A DNA stretch of 64,000 bases from an uncultured Gemmatimonadales bacterium (GTDB lineage: Bacteria > Gemmatimonadota > Gemmatimonadetes > Gemmatimonadales > Gemmatimonadaceae), in the NCBI GenBank assembly GCA_963793305.1, contig CAWBZV010000003.1, positions 864,001 through 928,000 of the forward strand, given 5' to 3'. The notes under the pieces were generated by a model. It had not been told where the DNA came from. It did not search any database and was given only the letters and a program-made list of their open reading frames with translations. A program made the position numbers and the translations under genes. How positions within the stretch are numbered: position 1 is the stretch's first letter; the number at the start of each line of letters is the position of its first letter. This document shows positions 62,014-64,000 of the stretch, piece by piece.

Positions 62014-64000
62014 ATGACTGAGCATCTGCTCTTCGACCTGCGGTACGCGATTCGCGTGCTGCTGAGATCTCCGGGATTCTCGTTCATTGCCATCGCCACC
62101 ATGGCGCTCGGCATCGGCGCCACGACGGCGATCTATAGCGTCATCGACGCCACGCTGCTGCACCCGTTGCCGTACCCGAATCCCACCGAGCTAATGCACG
62201 TCGAGGACGACCTTCCGGGCACGGGCGCGAAGGACGTCGGCATGTCCATCCCCGAGTTCAGAGACCTGCAGAGCTCCGGGATCTTCCAGTCCATGTCGCT
62301 TGCCAGCCACGGCGCAAGCACGAACCTCACCGGCGGTGCGCAGCCCGAGCGTCTCACCTTCAAGGCTGTTTCGCCGAATTATTTCGTGGTCCTCGGTGTC
62401 GGCGCCCAGTTGGGTCACACATTCGATCCGCACGATCCCGCTCCCGGCTTCAACCTGCAGGTCGTGATCAGCGACGGCCTCTGGAGGAGGGAATTCGGAG
62501 CCGATCCAAACATCATCGGGAAAACGCTTCGCCTGGACAACGACCCGTATCAGATCGTGGGCGTCATGCCGCGCGGGTTTCGCGATCAGGGCTCGACCAG
62601 CGACGAGCAGAATGTGGAGATGTGGTTGGGAGCGGGCTTCGTCGGCGACGGGTTTCCCCCGCCGCAGCGCGATCTCCGTCTGCGTCCAGCGGTCACCGCG
62701 CGACTGAAACCCGGTCTCTCGACTGTTGCCGCGCAGGGGCGCGTCGATGCGCTGGTGGCATCGCTCAAAAAGCAATATCCGGCCGACTACCCAACCAAGG
62801 TTGCCTGGACCGTGCAGTTGATTCCGCTCAGCGAAAGCGTGGTCGCCAGCGTTCACCAATCGCTCGTTCTGCTGTTCGGCGCGGTCGGATTGGTTCTTCT
62901 CATCAGTTGCGTCAACGTCGCCAATCTCTTGCTCGCCAGGGCCAGCGCGCGCGGTCGTGAGGTCACGGTTCGCCTGGCGCTAGGAGCGCAGCGAACGCGC
63001 CTCATCCGAGCGCTCCTGACCGAGATTCTCCTGCTTTTCCTGCTCGGCGGAATCGCTGGCTTTGCCATCCTCTTCGGCGCCCAACGTTTCCTGCTGCGAC
63101 TGGTCCCGGCGAGTCTCCCGCACCTCAACGACATCGGCGTGGGATGGGGCGTGCTGGGATTCGCGGTGGCCGTCTCCGTCGCAGCCGGAACGATCTGCGG
63201 GCTGGCTCCCGCATGGCTCATGAGCCGCGTCGATTTGATTGGTACGCTTCGGCAGGAAGGGCGCGGCTCCAAGGGTTCCAAGGAACGCTCGCGCGCCCGC
63301 CACATTCTCGTCATCAGTGAATTGGCGCTCTCCCTCGTGCTCCTGGTCGCCGCGAGCCTTCTGCTGCGGAGTTTTTGGGACTTGTTCAACGTACAGCCCG
63401 GTTTCAATCCGAGCCGCGTGATGGTCGTTCAGAGCTGGCTGCCTCGACCCAACGATTCCACAGCGGATCCCTATCACACCGCCACGCAGGAAGCGGTCTT
63501 GCTGCGCGAGATTCTTCGTCGCAGCCGAAATCTGCCGGGCGTAGAAGAAGTGGCCATTGGCAGCGCGGGCGCTCTTCCGCTGGACCACAGCCGGGGCGAT
63601 CTGGTGCAGCTGGTATCGATCCGCGAAGGCCTCGGGACGAAGGCCAATGAGGCTCCCGTGATGAGTGGTGCCCTCGTTTCGCCCGAATACTTCCACCTAT
63701 TAGGCATGCCGCTCGAACGCGGACGCGCGTTCACCGATCAGGACCTCGAGGCGACGCCCCCGGTTGCGGTGATCAACCAAGCCGCGGCTCGCACCTACTG
63801 GCCGGGCCAGGATCCGGTGGGCAGACGTGTCCAACTCGGTTTGACTGCGAAGGAGTCTGCCAGCTCCGCCTGGACCACGATCGTCGGTGTGACTGGGGAT
63901 GCGCGCACGGAATCCTTGGGCGAAGCGGTCGCTCCGCGGATCTACCTCAGCCTGTACCAGCGGGCCTTCGTCGGTAGCGTGAACCAGCGGGGTCTCCAAG
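62014..64000 (+). CDS. ADOP-type (duplicated MacB/FtsX) ABC transporter permease, runs off window end
   Basis: Not in the ORF track; manual translation MTEHLLFDLRYAIRVLLRSPGF...LLISCVNVANLLLAR...ELALSLVLL is in frame at the points checked. Confidence 0.9.
   Translation, partial: MTEHLLFDLRYAIRVLLRSPGFSFIAIATMALGIGATTAIYSVIDATLLHPLPYPNPTELMHVEDDLPGTGAKDVGMSIPEFRDLQSSGIFQSMSLASHGASTNLTGGAQPERLTFKAVSPNYFVVLGVGAQLGHTFDPHDPAPGFNLQVVISDGLWRREFGADPNIIGKTLRLDNDPYQIVGVMPRGFRDQGSTSDEQNVEMWLGAGFVGDGFPPPQRDLRLRPAVTARLKPGLSTVAAQGRVDALVASLKKQYPADYPTKVAWTVQLIPLSESVVASVHQSLVLLFGAVGLVLLISCVNVANLLLARASARGREVTVRLALGAQRTRLIRALLTEILLLFLLGGIAGFAILFGAQRFLLRLVPASLPHLNDIGVGWGVLGFAVAVSVAAGTICGLAPAWLMSRVDLIGTLRQEGRGSKGSKERSRARHILVISELALSLVLLVAASLLLRSFWDLFNVQPGFNPSRVMVVQSWLPRPNDSTADPYHTATQEAVLLREILRRSRNLPGVEEVAIGSAGALPLDHSRGDLVQLVSIREGLGTKANEAPVMSGALVSPEYFHLLGMPLERGRAFTDQDLEATPPVAVINQAAARTYWPGQDPVGRRVQLGLTAKESASSAWTTIVGVTGDARTESLGEAVAPRIYLSLYQRAFVGSVNQRGLQ

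Overview
GC-rich bacterial chromosome window. Gene content and style suggest Gemmatimonadota or a relative (inference only). About 1-53,000 is compact housekeeping and accessory DNA: tatA, a sigma-70 paralog, an MCP, a putative N-methyl-amine catabolic operon, alkA/nfo, several histidine kinases and a Ser/Thr kinase, an HD-GYP/HEAT pair, fabI, a cls-like PLD, a GT2/GT-C/methyltransferase surface-glycan cluster, ettA and malate synthase. A tRNA-Asn(GTT) at 53029-53101 has its 3' 44 bp repeated exactly at 55416-55459. The two copies bound a ~2.36-kb mini-island with no integrase. It holds an intact AbiEi/AbiEii type IV TA pair with a perfect palindromic operator, plus decayed gene remnants. Beyond it lies a second accessory stretch (barstar-like gene, higBA, PhzF, AraC, an FAH remnant, ADOP permeases). 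About a dozen +1 frameshifts in otherwise intact genes most likely reflect long-read assembly errors. Other notable signals: many leaderless and bidirectional -10-only promoters, a REPIN/sRNA-like structured element at 676-859, a degenerate HPr-kinase-like protein, a sigma-region-2-only mini protein, and a 68-bp duplication with almost only synonymous differences. No CRISPR array, rRNA, transposase or integrase was seen.
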